A DNA stretch of 64,000 bases from NCBI GenBank assembly GCA_030390025.1, contig CM059432.1, forward strand, positions 78,556,001-78,620,000, written 5' to 3'. Positions within the stretch are counted from its first letter, which is position 1; each line of letters starts with the position of its first letter. The stretch comes from Squalus acanthias (Eukaryota). Both the position numbers and the translations under genes were made by a program. Shown in pieces: positions 23,961 through 38,198 of this stretch. Under the pieces are notes generated by a model that saw only the letters and a list, made by a program, of their open reading frames with translations, did not search any database and was not told the origin of the DNA.

Positions 23961-25309
23961 TAAGTCCCAGTTATATTCTGCAATCATCCAAATCTTCAGA
24001 TCAGTGCTAAACATGAACAAATAGCATTGGTACTTTCCACCAACATTACACCACTTTTTACATGTCTTTTTTTCACCTAAATTAATGAAGAGAAGAAAAT
24101 ATGGCCCATAGTGATTTGGCTTTAGGTTACATTTCATACTGGTAGAGAGTCAGTTGTGTTAATGAGGATTTTATTCAGTGCTCTGCTCAGATTACATGCT
24201 GATTTTCTAAATTAATGTCTGGAGTGATGTTCCCAAAATACCTGGTAATACACTCAGAGGAATAGGTGTTCCATCATAACAGATCAGTACTTTAATTTTT
24301 AAATAATTCACATTCATGTATTATCTAAATATCACAAACTAACGCATTATCTTCCAGTTAAAGGGAACTATTCAGCAGATTACATTGTGCATTTGTTTCC
24401 ATGAAAATAAAAGGGATAAAATGTTTAGCTATGTACTGTACTTAGTTGGGTGCTCTCAAAACTCTGCTTTTAATTCCCTTATTTAAAATACTAAACAGTT
24501 ATTGCAAAAATGTGTGTTTGGAGATATTGCACACGTATATATCTGTAGTAGCAATTAGTTATATTGATTATTGTAATCATTGAACACTTTTGAGCCAAAT
24601 ATGTGACTAGTTATAATGCAGAAATTATTCAGAAAGGTTTGAAGGATTTCAGTAGCATACTTCTGTTATTCGCTAGTCATCACTACACCAATCATTTTAA
24701 AATTGGTTTACTGCCCCTGCATCTTTTCCGCTTGTTGAGTGAACATAATTAAAGAAAATGCAGAGTCCTGATCTGTTATATAGTCGAGAGCCTATAACCT
24801 ACCCCAAGGTAATAAGTGGTCTGTGCACTTGAATAATGAAATGAATTGCTAATTTACTCAACTTTCTGTCCAAACAAAGGATTCTTTCCAGTAACCAAAA
24901 ATAACAGGATTAATCTTAATTTCCCAAGACACTTGAGTAGTAATGGTACTTTATTTCAGAATAATATATATATGACATATACATTCATGCTTCAATTTTT
25001 TTTCATTACATGCTATTGAAGTACAAGTGATAGAGTGCTTGCAGTCTCTTAGTGCAGCGATACCCTCTAGCATGTATTCAATAGCAACCAAAGTCTGGTA
25101 ATCAACAGAGTCAAAGGACATGTGAGATAACCCACATCAAATTGTTTTGTCTAATGTGGTGAAAATCCATTTAGCCTTTTGGGGTAGTTTCAATTTAGTT
25201 GTTTGAGAGGAAAATATAAATTCTTTCAAAACTTGAAAACATTTCAACATATACTTCAGAGTATTTTAATTAAAAAAATGAATGGAGGCCATTATTTTGA
25301 TGTTTAATT

Positions 25310-27595
25310 CTGGGGTAGAGAATTCCAAAGATTCACAACCTTCTGTGTGAATAAATTTCTCCTAATCTCAGTCCTAAATGGCCGACCCCTTATCCTGAGA
25401 CTATGACCCCTAGCTCTAGACTCACCAGCAAGGGGAAACAGCATCTACCCTGTCAAGCCCTCTAAGAATTTTATATGTTTCAACGAGATCACCTCTCATT
25501 CTTCTAAGCTCCAGAGAATGTAGGCCCATTCTACTTAATCTCTCCTCATCAGACAGCCCTCTCATCCCAGGAGTCAATCTAGTGAACCTTTGTTGCACCC
25601 CCTCTAAGGCAAGTGTATCCTTCCTTAGGTAAGGAGATCAAAACTATACACAGTACTCCAGTTGTGGTCTCACCAAAGTCCTATATATTTGCAGCAAGAC
25701 TTCCTTACTCTTGTACTCCAACCCCTTTGCAATAAAGGCTAACATGCCATTTGCCTTCTTAATTGCTTGCTGTACTGCATGGTAACTTGCTGTGATTAGT
25801 GTACAAGGACCCCCGAATACCTCTGAATATCAACATTTACTAATCTCTCACCTTTTAAAAAATATTCTGCTTTTCCATTCTTCCTACCAAAGTGGATAAT
25901 TTCCCATTTTCCCACATGATCTGCCACCTTCTTGCCCAATCACTTAACAGGTCTATAGCCCTTTGCAACCTCTTTACGTCCTCCTCACAGCTTACTTTCC
26001 CACCTAGCTATGTATCATCAGCAAACTTGGATATATTACACCTAGAAATTCCAGTATGCCAGAAAACTGCCGGTAACAGCGCCAGCCACGGCTAACAGCC
26101 GTCCACCAAGAAAGCACAGGCAGCACTGGTATTTTGCTGCTGCCTGCTAATTAACATCAGCGGAGCGGAGAATTTGTGTTGTAACGCGCTCTTTCTGGCG
26201 CTAAGCTCAGCAGGAGGCCAAAGGTCGCGCCGGTGTCCCGCTTGCAGTGAAGGAGAACGGGGAAAACGAGCGAACCTGTGGGCCATGTACGGAACAGTTG
26301 CCGTATTTGTGACAACAATATTACCTGCCATCTGCTTAGCAATCAATGTTACAGGCAAATTGTTTATTTGTTTGTAGGGAGTCTGTCGACTGCACCGGGA
26401 AGTCTGTGCTTTGATCAGACTTCGGGTTTTATGGGATCGGAGGAGAAGGGAGAAGAGTGTGGGTGTACAACAGCGCAAATTAATTATTGGAAGTCTGTAC
26501 CTCTCATAGCGCTAAAGAAGGTATGCAGCATTGAGTGTTGTTGAAAGGGACCACAGGCCATTTTTTTTTATATTGAGCCAAGATGGCCCATTTAATGCTT
26601 TCAAGGACTCTCCCCTATCACTTTACCCACACATCTCATTCTAAAGGAATAGAGACTAAGCCAAGCTCTTTATTTTAAATGTTTGTTTAAATTTTCATGA
26701 AGCAGGAAGAAAAAGATATAGGACAGGAACGATCATATCCAGCGCTTTGTAGTTTTTGAAACCGTTATACTGTAGTCATAATTTCATTGATATGCTGAGG
26801 TCACTTTAGTCACTGGCTTAGGAGGGTCTGACAACTGAGGGCTTTTTACTATTCTATGGTGAGGACAGAGTACTCGTATCTGATAACTTAAAGACTTTGA
26901 ATTCACACTTCAGATTTCAGAGATTGAAACACTGAACATCCACAGGCGATTCCTAATCCAAACCTCAAGCTTACTCTTCTAGTCACTCAAAAGTAATCAC
27001 TTGTAATATTCTGCATCTTCCCATTTGCTACACATTCAGTATTGCAATCTCAGGCAGGACAGTTTCAAATAAGCAAACCATCGAAAAAAAATTAAACTGT
27101 ACCTACAATTCTCAAGGGTTACGTCCCAAGACCTAGGCTTGCGATCAATATAAACACTGCTACGTAGAGAGTTCTGGCTGTCTTAGATTTGTCATTTGAA
27201 GCATCCTCATGGCTGTTAACGCTGCTGAAGTGCTTTTAGCAACTGCACGCACGGCGTGCTTTGGAGAGGGCAGCAAGAGGAGTGGCAATATCCAAAATGG
27301 ATGAGTGGGCATCAACTCGGCGTTGTACACTGATTGACGCCAAACTACCACCAATTACAATACTTTTGGCGAGCGCAGGCAACAACAGCATTACCGACCT
27401 GCCAAAATTGACAGCCGCCGTGGGCCTTAACAGTCAGCGGTAAGACCTCAAATTTTTAGCCCTCGGTCCCCACATCTGAGTCACTGATATAGATTGTAAA
27501 TAGCTGAGGCCCAAGCACTGACCCTTGCGGCACTCCACTAGTTACACCCTGCCATCCTGAAAATGACCCGTTTATTCCTACTCTCTGTTTTCTGT
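25310..27595 (-). mobile_element. CR1 fragment split by DNA transposon
   Basis: CR1 RT sequence stops at GATATATTACAC (26041) and resumes TCGGTCCC (27463). Confidence 0.85.
26042..27462. mobile_element. Non-autonomous Harbinger-like element
   Basis: Ends CTAGAAATT (terminal GG missing) / AATTTTTAGCCC; interrupts CR1; left ~210 bp recurs inverted at ~31268-31481. Confidence 0.7.
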
Positions 27596-30299
27596 ACATT
27601 TTCAAATAACTTCAGCAATGCATTCTTTATAGCATTCTTTTTTCTTGTCTATTTCTTATCTAACAGTAGCTGAGCTTAATTAAGCTGCTTGACAGGGTAA
27701 GGTATTTTTATGGATAACCATCACTGATAGGCATTCACTCACATTTCCTCCATTGTTTAAAATTAAATTAATTTAGAGAATAACTGTAGTCACTGCAGAG
27801 AACCACATATAACACACAAAGAAGATATTTCATATAATCCAACCATCGACAGCACTTCAAACCAAGTGTCAGCTTGTCAGTGTTTCACACAAACAAAGCT
27901 TACTATCACTATCAACCAGTTAGACCATTTGGAAGGTGGAACTGGAGGCTATCAGAACTAGTCAAGCTGTTTGGAGAGCAGGTCTGAAAGCTGTTAGAAC
28001 TAGTGTAAAGAGAGCAGCTCCATTTATTAAGGATGTAGATTTAGGCCAGCTTCATGCAATGCTCTGAAGTGAATGATGCAAAGTAATTAACACTAGTCAG
28101 ATTTGTATTTTCTTATTTCAGCTGAGCAAGGTTCATCACATCAACTACAGATATCACCTTCTCTAATATACTTCAGCCCATTGACTTAAACAGGCAGATG
28201 GAACCTTAGTTTAAGATCAGTCCAAAAGATAACACTTCCAACAATGCAGCACTCCCTCAGTACCGCACTCAAGTGTCAGCCTAGATTACACCCACTATCT
28301 CTAACATTTTGATTTAATTATAAAAATTACACCAAGATTTATATTCAGAATTGTGGCCAGAAAATGTGTCAAAACATTTTCAAAATTCAAAAATCAAAAT
28401 TATCTCAGGGGGCTGGGCATAACCCCAACCTTTGCTCTCAGCCCAAACTTAATCCTCAGCACAACTCTAACCCTTAGCCCAACCTAATCTTCAGTACCTC
28501 CTTAACCTGGGAAAATCTTATTCTGGAGGGAGCGACCACAAAGCTGGCGGGAGCAACAACAAAGGCAGCAGGGTGCTGCTCTGAGATCTGCTGCCTCCGT
28601 GGAACGGACAGCTCTGTTAAGATACAACCGGCACATGCAAATGCTCCCGTTATTTAAATGATCCTGCCTCCGGAATTTGGGACGGGACTGGCTGCAGGTC
28701 AGAGCAGCGGTAGGAAGTTCCTTACTCCAATGTAATGGTGCTGTGGAATTGTGACCCACAATCTTCTGTAACAGCACTGTCTACACATGAGTTCTGCAGA
28801 CACCACTTGCAGAACTTTAAACTTCCCTTCCTGCAAAATAGCATACCAACATTCAGGGCTAGATTTTCTACCCGCCACCTGATGATTTTTGGTAGATCTC
28901 GATAGAAAATCTTCCATGCACGCTCCCCCCCCGCCCCACCACCACCACATTCCCAGTAGCTAGACCCGGTTATTTAAAATGTGCCTTCCCATATGAGGGT
29001 GAGGCATTCAAATTAAATTAAAACTAGGAAATATCAGCTTCCAGTGTTCGCCCCCTCCCCCCACCATTGAACGATGGATGTTAGGACCATCACTTGGGCC
29101 CTGGCATCCAGCGTTCAAAAGTCTGTGGCGTGGGCCTAGGAGAAGTAATGGTCAAGGGGCCTGTACTACTGCTCTCAGAGCACAGCCCTACACAGTGTTC
29201 AGTTCCATTCACAATTCCTCAGATATTGGTCCATGCCCGCATGCAGTAAGACATGGATGGCATCCAGGCTTGGGATGATTAGTAGCAAGTAACATTCGCA
29301 TCACACAAGTGCCAGGCAATGACCATTTCCAACAAGAGAGTGCTGAATTTTAGCACACAAGCAGGTGGGTTGGGTTTGGGTCAGATGTTAAAATTTTAAA
29401 AATCTGAACCCTGACCCCAACCCACCCACTTCCGGGTTCAATGGAGGCTGGACAAGGTGCGGGCAGCCAACCCACTCCCAGCAGGCTGGTTGGAAATTTA
29501 AATATTTTAAAGAGGCTGGCAGCCTCTGATTTAACCTGTTCCACCTGTGGCAGATTTTAATTTTACAGTGGGTGGCCAGGTTTCCCAGGCCTCAGGAAAC
29601 CCGGCAGCTGATGTGAGGTGAGGACAGCTTGAGGGAAAAGGTAAGTGTCTTCACAGCACTGCTTGTGGGTCAGAAAAAGCAGGAGTGCTTCCTCCTGGCC
29701 CACGAAGCTCCCCCCCTCCCTCCATCAGAACCATCGCATACAAAGGCCCCTGGGGCCAGGGATCAGACCCTCCCTCAGGGTTGGGGAACAGACTACCCCC
29801 TGGGATCGGACCACCCTGGGGTCAGGGAGCGGATTCACTGCCGTGATTGGAAACCCTCTAGGGTCAGGGATCAGACCCCCACCGGGAACTCCTTACCTAA
29901 CAGCACTGTGGGACCACCTTCACCACAGGGACTGCAATGGTTCAAGAAGATGGCTCACCACCACCTTCTCAAGGGCAATTAGGGATGGGCAATAAATGCT
30001 GGACTTGGCAGCAACACCCACATTCCATGAAATGAATAAATTTAAAAAAAAGGCCCCAGCAGCAATACTAAAAGTTTTCAACAAAAACCAATGGCTCAGA
30101 ATTTCCTCGGAGCTGTGCCTCTCTTCAGGTCTAACCTCGCCAGAAGTGTAGCAGAAATCCAGTTTATTTGCGTATTTCCGCCACTCTTCTGGTGAGCTTA
30201 CGGCAGCAGAGCAAGAGCAGCTTGGAGAAAATACCGTGCCAATATCTTTTTATGAGGCAGCACGTTGGCAGCCTTCTTCCTCCGGCTGCAGCAGGACCC

Positions 30300-31173
30300 C
30301 AAGGCATACCACAGATAATGAAGCAATCCATGCCCGCATGCAACAAGACCTGGATGACGTTCAGGCTTGGGCTGATATGTGGCAGGTAACATTCGCGCCA
30401 CAGAAGTGCCAGGCAATGACTATCTCTAACAAGCGAGAGTCTAACCACCTCCCCTTGACATTCAATGGCATTACCATCGCCGAATCCCCCACTATCAACA
30501 TCCTGGGGGTCACCATTAACCAGAAACTTAACTGGACCAGCCACATAAATACTGTGGCAACAAGAGCAGGTCAGAGGCTAGGTATTCTGTGGCGAGTGTC
30601 TCACCTCCTGACTCCCCAAAGCCTTTCCACCATCTACAAGGCACAAGTAAGGAGTGTGATGGAATACTCTCCACTTGCCTGGATGAGTGCAGCTCCAACA
30701 ACAGTCAAGAAGCTCGACACCATCCAGGACAAAGCAGCCCGCTTGATTGGCACCCCATCCCCACCTTAAACATTCACTCCCTCCACCACCGGCGTACCGT
30801 GGCTGCAGTGTCTACCATCTACAAGATGCACTGCAGCAACTCACCAAGGCTTCTTCGGCAGCACCTCCCAAACCCTCGACCTCTTCCACCTAGAAGGACA
30901 AGGGCAGCAGGCGCATGGGAACACCATCACCTCCAAGTTCCCCTCCAAGTCACACACCATCCTGACTTAGAAGTATATCGCCGATCCTTCATCGTCGCTG
31001 GGTCAAAATCCTGGAACTCCCTCCCTAACAGCACTGTGGGAGTACCTTCACCACACGGACTGCAGCGGTTCAAGAAGGCGGCTCACCACCACCTTCTCAA
31101 GGGCAACTAGGGATGGGCAATAAATGCTGGCCTTGCCAGCAATGCCCAGATTCCATAAACGAATAAAAAAAAA
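30300..31173 (+). mobile_element. CR1/L2-group LINE 3' part (distinct from the main CR1 families)
   Basis: QQDLDDVQAWADMWQVTF, ILGVTINQKLNW, YKAQVRSVMEY; 3' UTR ending GAATAAAAAAAA. Confidence 0.85.
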
Positions 31174-31245
31174 GTATCCACCCCAGTTTGGCGCAACTTC
31201 CTGATAGAATCTGGGAGCCCAACTCTTGCATTCAAAGTACCCCAG

Positions 31246-31481
31246 GGCCAGAAATTGGGAGCAAATCTCCTTCACTGCAAGCGGGACACAGGCGCGACCT
31301 TCGGCCTCCTGCTGAGCTTAGCGCCAGAAAGAGCGCGTTACAACACAAATTCTCCGCTCCGCTGATGTTAATTAGCAGGCAGCAGCAAAATACCGGTACT
31401 GCCTGTGTTCTCTTGGTGGACGGCTGTTAGCCGTGGCTGGCGCTGTTACCGGCAGTTTTCCGGAATACTGGAATTTCTAGC
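31246..31481. mobile_element. Short MITE related to 26042-27462
   Basis: Starts GGGCCAGAAATT, ends AATTTCTAGC; near-identical to reverse complement of 26042-26250. Confidence 0.65.
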
Positions 31482-31695
31482 TGGAAGTTCTTCCCCACAG
31501 AGATACAAGAGTTTGGGGCTTCGAGAGAGGGAAGTGACGTGGAAAACAATAAAATGTATGAAAGTAGCTAAAAATAAAAGGAACTCATTACCGTCATCTC
31601 GCAAACAGACCGAAACGTGTTTCACAGTAAATTTTAAAATGTATATCTGCAAGACTGCACCTTTATACTGGCTTGAAAAGCGGATTAGATACAAA

Positions 31696-34600
31696 GGGCT
31701 CGATTTTGCCAGGCCCGAGGAGGCAGGATTGGAGGCGTGTCAGGTGGTAAAATTGCAAAAAATGGCGGGCGGGCCCGATCCTGCCTCCAGCCCGCCTCCG
31801 AGCAATTTTCCCAAATGCGTGTTTTCTGACCCCGTTTCCATCCCACCTCTAAGAGGCGGGATAGGCCCTTAAGGCCCTTAACAACCAGTTAACTGCCTCT
31901 ATAATCCCATTTTGAGAGGCCTTTCTGATTTTACCACTTTTCCCACGTCCTGCACGTCTCCTCTGGAACACGCCAGTGAATCCTGGCAGCCTCACAAGTG
32001 GACTGCTTACTAACAGCTGCAGCTCCACCATTAAAAAGGAGTTTTCAGCAATCATCATTTGCAGGTGGCAGAACTTTGTTATCTCAGTTCTGGGGGAACT
32101 TTTAGCAGGCATACCCATTGTTGTGGAAGTTTGGAGCCTGACACCCATCTCCAGTGTGACCTCCTGGGAAACCCCTCTCGCCACCCTGACTGAGTGCTTC
32201 CTCAACTGAGGTATATACCAGAAGCATGGGAACCATTTATTTCCTTTCCTCCTGGACATCAGATTCGGACGAAGACCAGCCATGGCAGCAGCAGAACCAT
32301 GAACAACAGCACCACCAACAGCAGCAGCAACAACAGGAGCGTCAAGCTACTGCTCACCCACCTGAAGCTGCACAGGCCAGAAGGCGCCAGCGCGCGACCA
32401 CATTGCTGCCCGGGATGCAAGGGACGCACTCATCTTGGCCAGATTTGCTTAGCCTGCACAATCAAACACTTTTGCCTCGCACCTTCTTATCAGACCATCG
32501 ACAATGGCCAAGAACCTGCGGATTCCTATCACTCTGACCACCATACTGACAATTGCAAGTCGCCCTAAGCCCTCAATGTGGAAGTCCCATTAGCGAAATG
32601 ACACACGCCACAACTGCAACAGTTTGCCATCAGAATTTTTTATGACAATAAGTCACTGATGGCTTTTCAAAATTAAATACAACATTACACCCAAGTGACT
32701 ACCATTGTGACTACTTGTGCATTATCTTCCTCTCACGCGTGCTCCTACGTGGTGCTTCCCCTATGGCTTCTGCAGATGTGGAGGCCCCTTGCTCACTTTC
32801 TTGCTGCTCCTGTCTCAACACCTTTGGCGGGCGTCCTCTGGGGTTGCGAACCTGTGAGGGCTCGGCAACAGTCTGCTGCTCCTGCGGCTGTGCAGGGGTT
32901 GAGATGCCGATCTCAGTTGGGTGGGGTCTCTGGTGGGGCTCTGACCGAGGGCTTTGCAGTGGCATGGTCATGTGAGCGCTTGGAGAGGAGCCCCCACTTC
33001 CTTGTTGTCTGACACCAACATCCCTCTCATGGGTCAGCCCCACTTCAGAGCTAGCAAGTGGCTGGACAGCACCTTGCTGCACTGCAGGGGGGCCATGAGG
33101 ACCCGTTTCTGCACTGGAAGTCCTACTCCAGAGGACTTGCATGAAGGTCTGGTTTGTTTGCTCAATAGCTGACCATCGCTCCCCAAGAAATGTCAGTCTA
33201 TTCTGAACAATTACCATGTTTTCCATACCCTGGCGACTAAGCTCCTCCATGGACGTAGCCATCCTCTCCTCTACCGTAGCCATCCTCTCCTCTACGGTAG
33301 CCAGCCTTACCATGGAGGTAGCCATCCTTTCCAAGGAGGTTGCCATCTTTCCGTGGTGATGCGTTCATGCGCCAATGCCTCCACAAAGGCTCTACTCATG
33401 TTAGCGAAGGACTCCTCCATTTGCTCCACACTCGCAGCGACCCTGGAGACAAAACCTGCCAGAGACTCCCGCACCTGTTCCTGGAGTTCCAGCACCGCTC
33501 TCCTTCTGGATGGACCCGGAGGCACAGGGTCGACATGCAGCGGAGCCGAGCTGGGAGCGTCCTCTCCACTGCGACGAGGGCTCTCCACTGTTGTCCCTGT
33601 CTCCACCATCTGCTGATGCTCACTTGTGAGCTGTGATACACCAGGTGACAACTCTACACTATGTCCCGAGGGTCCCACCAAGGTGTGAGTGTCTGCGCTG
33701 GTGCAGGGTGCGCTTAATTCTGCTGACGGAGCGCCCTCAGAGGTTGCAGCTTCCTCTGAGGAGTCTGGAAGCTCAGGCTCTTCCTCCTGGACAGTGGGGA
33801 CGGGGGCTCTCGATGGTCCTGTGGGGGAGTAAAGGAAAGAGTTAGAGATGCGAGGTAAAGGTTGCATGCACATTGAATTGTGCAGATGATCATAAGTCAA
33901 TCTGTTAGAGCATCAGAATCATTATCAGTCACTCATGCAATGTCAATGAGAGAGATGCCAAGCTATTCTGTCACCAGCTTGCTGTGATGCGCCCGCCTGT
34001 CCGTCCCCCACTTGGGAATCCTCCTCGATCCTGGCAATTTCCAGGGCCGCCTCCCTCCGAGGTGGTGAGCTGGGCTACTGAGGGTGGCCATCCTCCTGTC
34101 CTCGCTCTTTCCCTCTTATTGTGGGCTCTCTTTTCCTGCATTGAGGGACACAAGTGGAGTTTGAGTGATAATGAAGGAGTGAGTGTAGAGAATCCATAGC
34201 ATAGATGCTTAGAAGGAGACAGAGGACCCTCCCTGTGTGTTGTAAGTTTTTGTCATTGCGTCACAGTGATAGGGAGTGTGAGGGCTGCATGGTCGAATAG
34301 TTAAGTGAATGGGACCATAGAGAGAGAGGGAACGGGTAAGGGTGCAGGGATGTCAGTGTCAAGTGGGATGTGGAGGAAGAGGTTGGCAAAGCAGAGTGCT
34401 GGTGAGGAGAGGCGATGGGGATGAGATTGAGGGTGATGAGAAAGTCATACTCACTTTTCCTGTGCGGAGAAGGTCATGAAACCTCTTCCTGCACTGCAGC
34501 CAGGTTCTGCAGCACATAGAGATGGCATTGACCTCTTGGACCACTTGCAGCCACACAGCTTTAGTCTGTTGTGGTGGCTTTTTTCTCCCTGAGGAAGGGA

Positions 34601-34965
34601 AGAGCACCTCCTTATTAGATCTTGCTACCCGCACCAGAGCTTGGAGGGAGGGCTCATCAAAGCGAGGTGCACACTTTTGCTTGCCGGTGGACATGGTCGG
34701 TAAATGAAGTCTTATACAATGTCCAAAGCATTTCCAGTCTCCAGAAGAAGGCTTGCAGGCCTTAAATCCAGCAGCACTGATGACGTCATCAGAGGCAACT
34801 TTCAGGATGGAAAGATTAATTGGGCCAGGGGTTCCCACGCGCTGGAACTCAAGTGCCCAATTAGGGGAAAATCGCACTTTTTTCCCACTTCACATCGGAG
34901 TCGGGTTCCTGACACGAAAACCACCTGACACGCCCCTAGCCCGCCCCAATGGCAAAATCCAGCCC
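31696..34965. mobile_element. Harbinger family B element with transposase almost fully deleted
   Basis: 16-bp TIRs GGGCT(C/G)GATTTTGCCA; transposase N-terminus (32226) joined to C-terminal ARFA* (~32455); Myb-like gene on -; flanks AAA/TTA are not a clean TSD. Confidence 0.85.
32711..34694 (-). pseudogene. Harbinger Myb/SANT-like gene, 3 exons, frameshifted
   Basis: Exon 1 34694-34455 (PRFDEPSLQALV..WLQCRKRFHDL), exon 2 34135-33975 (EKRAHNKRERARTGG), exon 3 33818-32711; GT-AG junctions. Confidence 0.82.
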
Positions 34966-35599
34966 TTAGTGTAATCAGCTTTCTTATGAACCTATGTGTT
35001 AATGATGAGCCATAAATCAGATCAGGTTCATACTGAAACAATTTACTGACAAGTTAGTCCAGAATTATAGGTTGTGTAGTTCCACTCCTTGTTAGATGCT
35101 CTCTTGACTTATTTATGTTGCCCTACTATTCTGTAGAATATACTGGGGTGTATTGTAGATTTGTTATGTCTTTACGTCAAAGCCTGGAAGTCACTGTCAG
35201 TATTAAGTATTATTCTGGCTGCAATTTAGAAATAAGTGACTGAAATGTTCGGATTGTAGAGGAACACTCACATACCTCACAATTTTGATGCAAACTTCAC
35301 TGCTGAAGGTTGAAAAATAACTCTGAGTACTAATGTGCTCAAATTGTGTGATCAATGAGTCTGCTCAGGCATTTAAAGGAGTCTTACCCCATGTTGCAGT
35401 AGGAATGCATTACTAGCACAATTTTGGTGTGATGTGTTCATCTCCCACAGATGGAACATGAGTGAAGGAAGGGGATGTAGGAAGAAAACTGAAGCCTTAG
35501 TTTAAATGCAAGTAGATTGGTTTCCCCCCCCACTTTTTAGGTTTCTGGCCACTACAGACATTGCATTCAGTGCTCCAGTAGCAGTAGATTTGGCAGAAG

Positions 35600-36500
35600 A
35601 AGACAGCATGAGCAGGAAAGGGATGCCTATGATATCAAAATGCCACAAGTAGCATACCATTAGGTCCTGAAGTTGATCTCCTACAGCAACAGCTACCTGG
35701 TAATGACAATGAAATGTGCCTAAAAAGGCTGACGTTTAGCGGGGAGTAACTAGCAAAGCTCCTTCACAAATATCTGTACAGCACTGCAGTGGCTGTCAAA
35801 GTCAACGTGGTGTTCAATATTTATGAATCGGGCTCCCTCAAGGATAGTACTGGGGACATCTGCAGTGCCAGCCAGTTTGCTGTCTACAGGTGTATCAGAG
35901 GTATAACAGAGGCATTACTCAACAGGACAATAACTACATTCCTTTCACCACTGACCAACAACAACATAATTATACAGAACTGTTGGCTTTTCCAGAGTCC
36001 AGAAGTTTAGCTGCATCCATGTTGTCATTTGGTTCCTGGGAACATTGTAATCGAAAAGAGAACCTTTTATCTCTATGTTCACATTGAATGAGACCATTGC
36101 CACAAGGTTATTAAGGTTAACACTTGCTTCTCTGGACGTTCTCACAATACCTTAATTTTAGGCAATCATCTGTGCATCCCATATTTGAAGGGGAAGGAAA
36201 AGTGGAAGGATGGCACCAGGGAGACCAAATGAACCCAAAGCAGCCATGGCTCATGACAGCTACGTGTCAATCATGGACAGAAGCAGACTGCAGGTACAAC
36301 AAAGCTCATAACTAGAATGATCAAACATACCATTGGTAGGTTGACACAACAATTCACAAGTCTGGAGCAACCAGTAGCAACCCTACAGTACAACGTCCCA
36401 AAAGAAATGTCTTCTGCTAAATGCTCCATAACTTCTTCCTGAAAAGAGGCTTCATCATGTAGAATGGCAAAGCCATAGCAGAAGTCAAGGGTGAAAATGG
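35600..36500 (+). pseudogene. Ancient Harbinger transposase relic
   Basis: AVKVNVVFNIYESGS..GDICSASQFAVYRCIRGITEAL; RQSSVHPIF..GWHQGDQ..PWLMT. Confidence 0.7.
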
Positions 36501-36734
36501 CAATGAGGAATTAGGAATGGTACCAGAAATGCAACAAGAAGACTGGTGCATCAGGCACCAATTCCAGATGGCTTCCAAGGAGTGTCACAGCTACACCATA
36601 GATTAAGAGGAGCAAACCATATCAGCTAGGTTACTGTGGCCAGACTAACTTGTCCTACACTTTAATAATTAGTTCTTCAAATATCATCTATGACCATCTT
36701 ATTCTAGGCTCTTTCTATACTTTAATCAATGACA

Positions 36735-37146
36735 CCACCTTAAACATTCACTCCCTCCACCACCGGCGTACCGTGGCTGCAGTGTGTACCATCTACAAGA
36801 TGCACTGCAGCAACTCGCCAAGACTTCTTCGGCAGCACCTCCCAAACCCGCGACCTCTTCCACCTAGAAGGACAAGGGCAGCAGGCGCATGGGAACACCA
36901 CCACCTCCAAGTTCCCCTCCAAGTTACACACCATCCTGACTTAGAAGTATATCGCCGATCCTTCATCATCGCTGGGTCAAAATCCTGGAACTCCCTACCT
37001 AACAGCACTGTGGGAGTACCTTCACCACACGGACTGCAGCGGTTCAAGACGGCAGCTCACCACCACCTTCTCAAGGGCAACTAGGGATGGGTAATAAATG
37101 CTGGCACTGCCAGCGACGCCCTGATCCCATAAACAAATAAAAAAAA
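36735..37146 (+). mobile_element. CR1/L2-group LINE 3' end
   Basis: Near-identical to 30765-31173; A-tail. Confidence 0.85.
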
Positions 37147-37424
37147 CTCAGCAAGTGCTCAAGTCAACTGTAGGGCATTCATTTCTTCTTTTGTGTTAGG
37201 TGTAAATGTTGGCAACTTGAGTTGGCATGGTGATGTCCCTTGGTGCTTGTACTTTGTGCAAGTTATGTGGCACCTAACTTCTAAATAATTCCCTTATGGA
37301 AATATTAAGTTGTCCTGTTGCAGAGTTGCACTGAGGGTCTGCTGGGATTCTGGTGATCCTTGACCTTCATTGTTTATGTATTGCAAGGGCCCAGCATGTG
37401 AACAGCCACATCCAAGACTGTTTT

Positions 37425-38198
37425 CTTTTATATTAGTTCACGGGATGTGGCCGTCGCTGGCAAGGCCAGCATTTATTGCCCATCCCTAATTACCCTTGAG
37501 AAGGTGGTGGTGAGCCGCCTTCTTGAACCACTACAGTCCGTGTGGTGAAGATACTCCCACAGTGCTGTTAGGGAGGGAGTTCCAGGATTTTGACCCAGTG
37601 ACGATGAAGGAACGGCGATATATTTCCAAGTCAGGATGGTGTGTGACTTGGAGGGGAACTTGGAGGTGATGGTGTTCCTATGCGCCTGCTGCCCTTGTCC
37701 TTCTAGGTGGAAGAGTTCGTGGGTTTGGGAGGTGCTGTCAAAGAAGCCTTGGCGAGTTGCTGCAGTGCATCTTGTAGATGGTACACACTGCAGCCATGGT
37801 ACGCCGCTGGTGGAGGGAGTGAATGTTTAAGGTGGTCGATGGTTGTCAATCAAGCGGCCTGCTTTGTCCTGAATGGTGTCGAGCTTCTTGAGTGTTGTTG
37901 GAGCTGCACTCATCCAGGCAAGTGGAGAGTATTCCTTCACATTCCTGACTTGTGTCTTGTAGATGGTGGAAAGGATTTGGAGAGTCAGGAGGTGAGACAC
38001 TTGCCGCAGAACACCCAGACTCTGACCTGCTCTTGTAGCCACAGTATTTATGTGGCTAGACCAGTTAAGTTTCTGGTCAATGACCCCCAGGATGTTGATG
38101 GTGGGGGATTCAGCGATGGTAATGCCGTTGAATGTCAAGGGGTGGTGAGACTCTCTCTTGTTGGAGATAGTCATTGCCTGGCACTTGTGTGGCATGAA
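37425..38198 (-). mobile_element. CR1/L2-group LINE 3' part
   Basis: Same family as 30300-31173 in opposite orientation. Confidence 0.85.

Noticed and set aside
28415..28500. Interstitial telomere-like tract
   Set aside because: Too degenerate; few exact CCCTAA-type units
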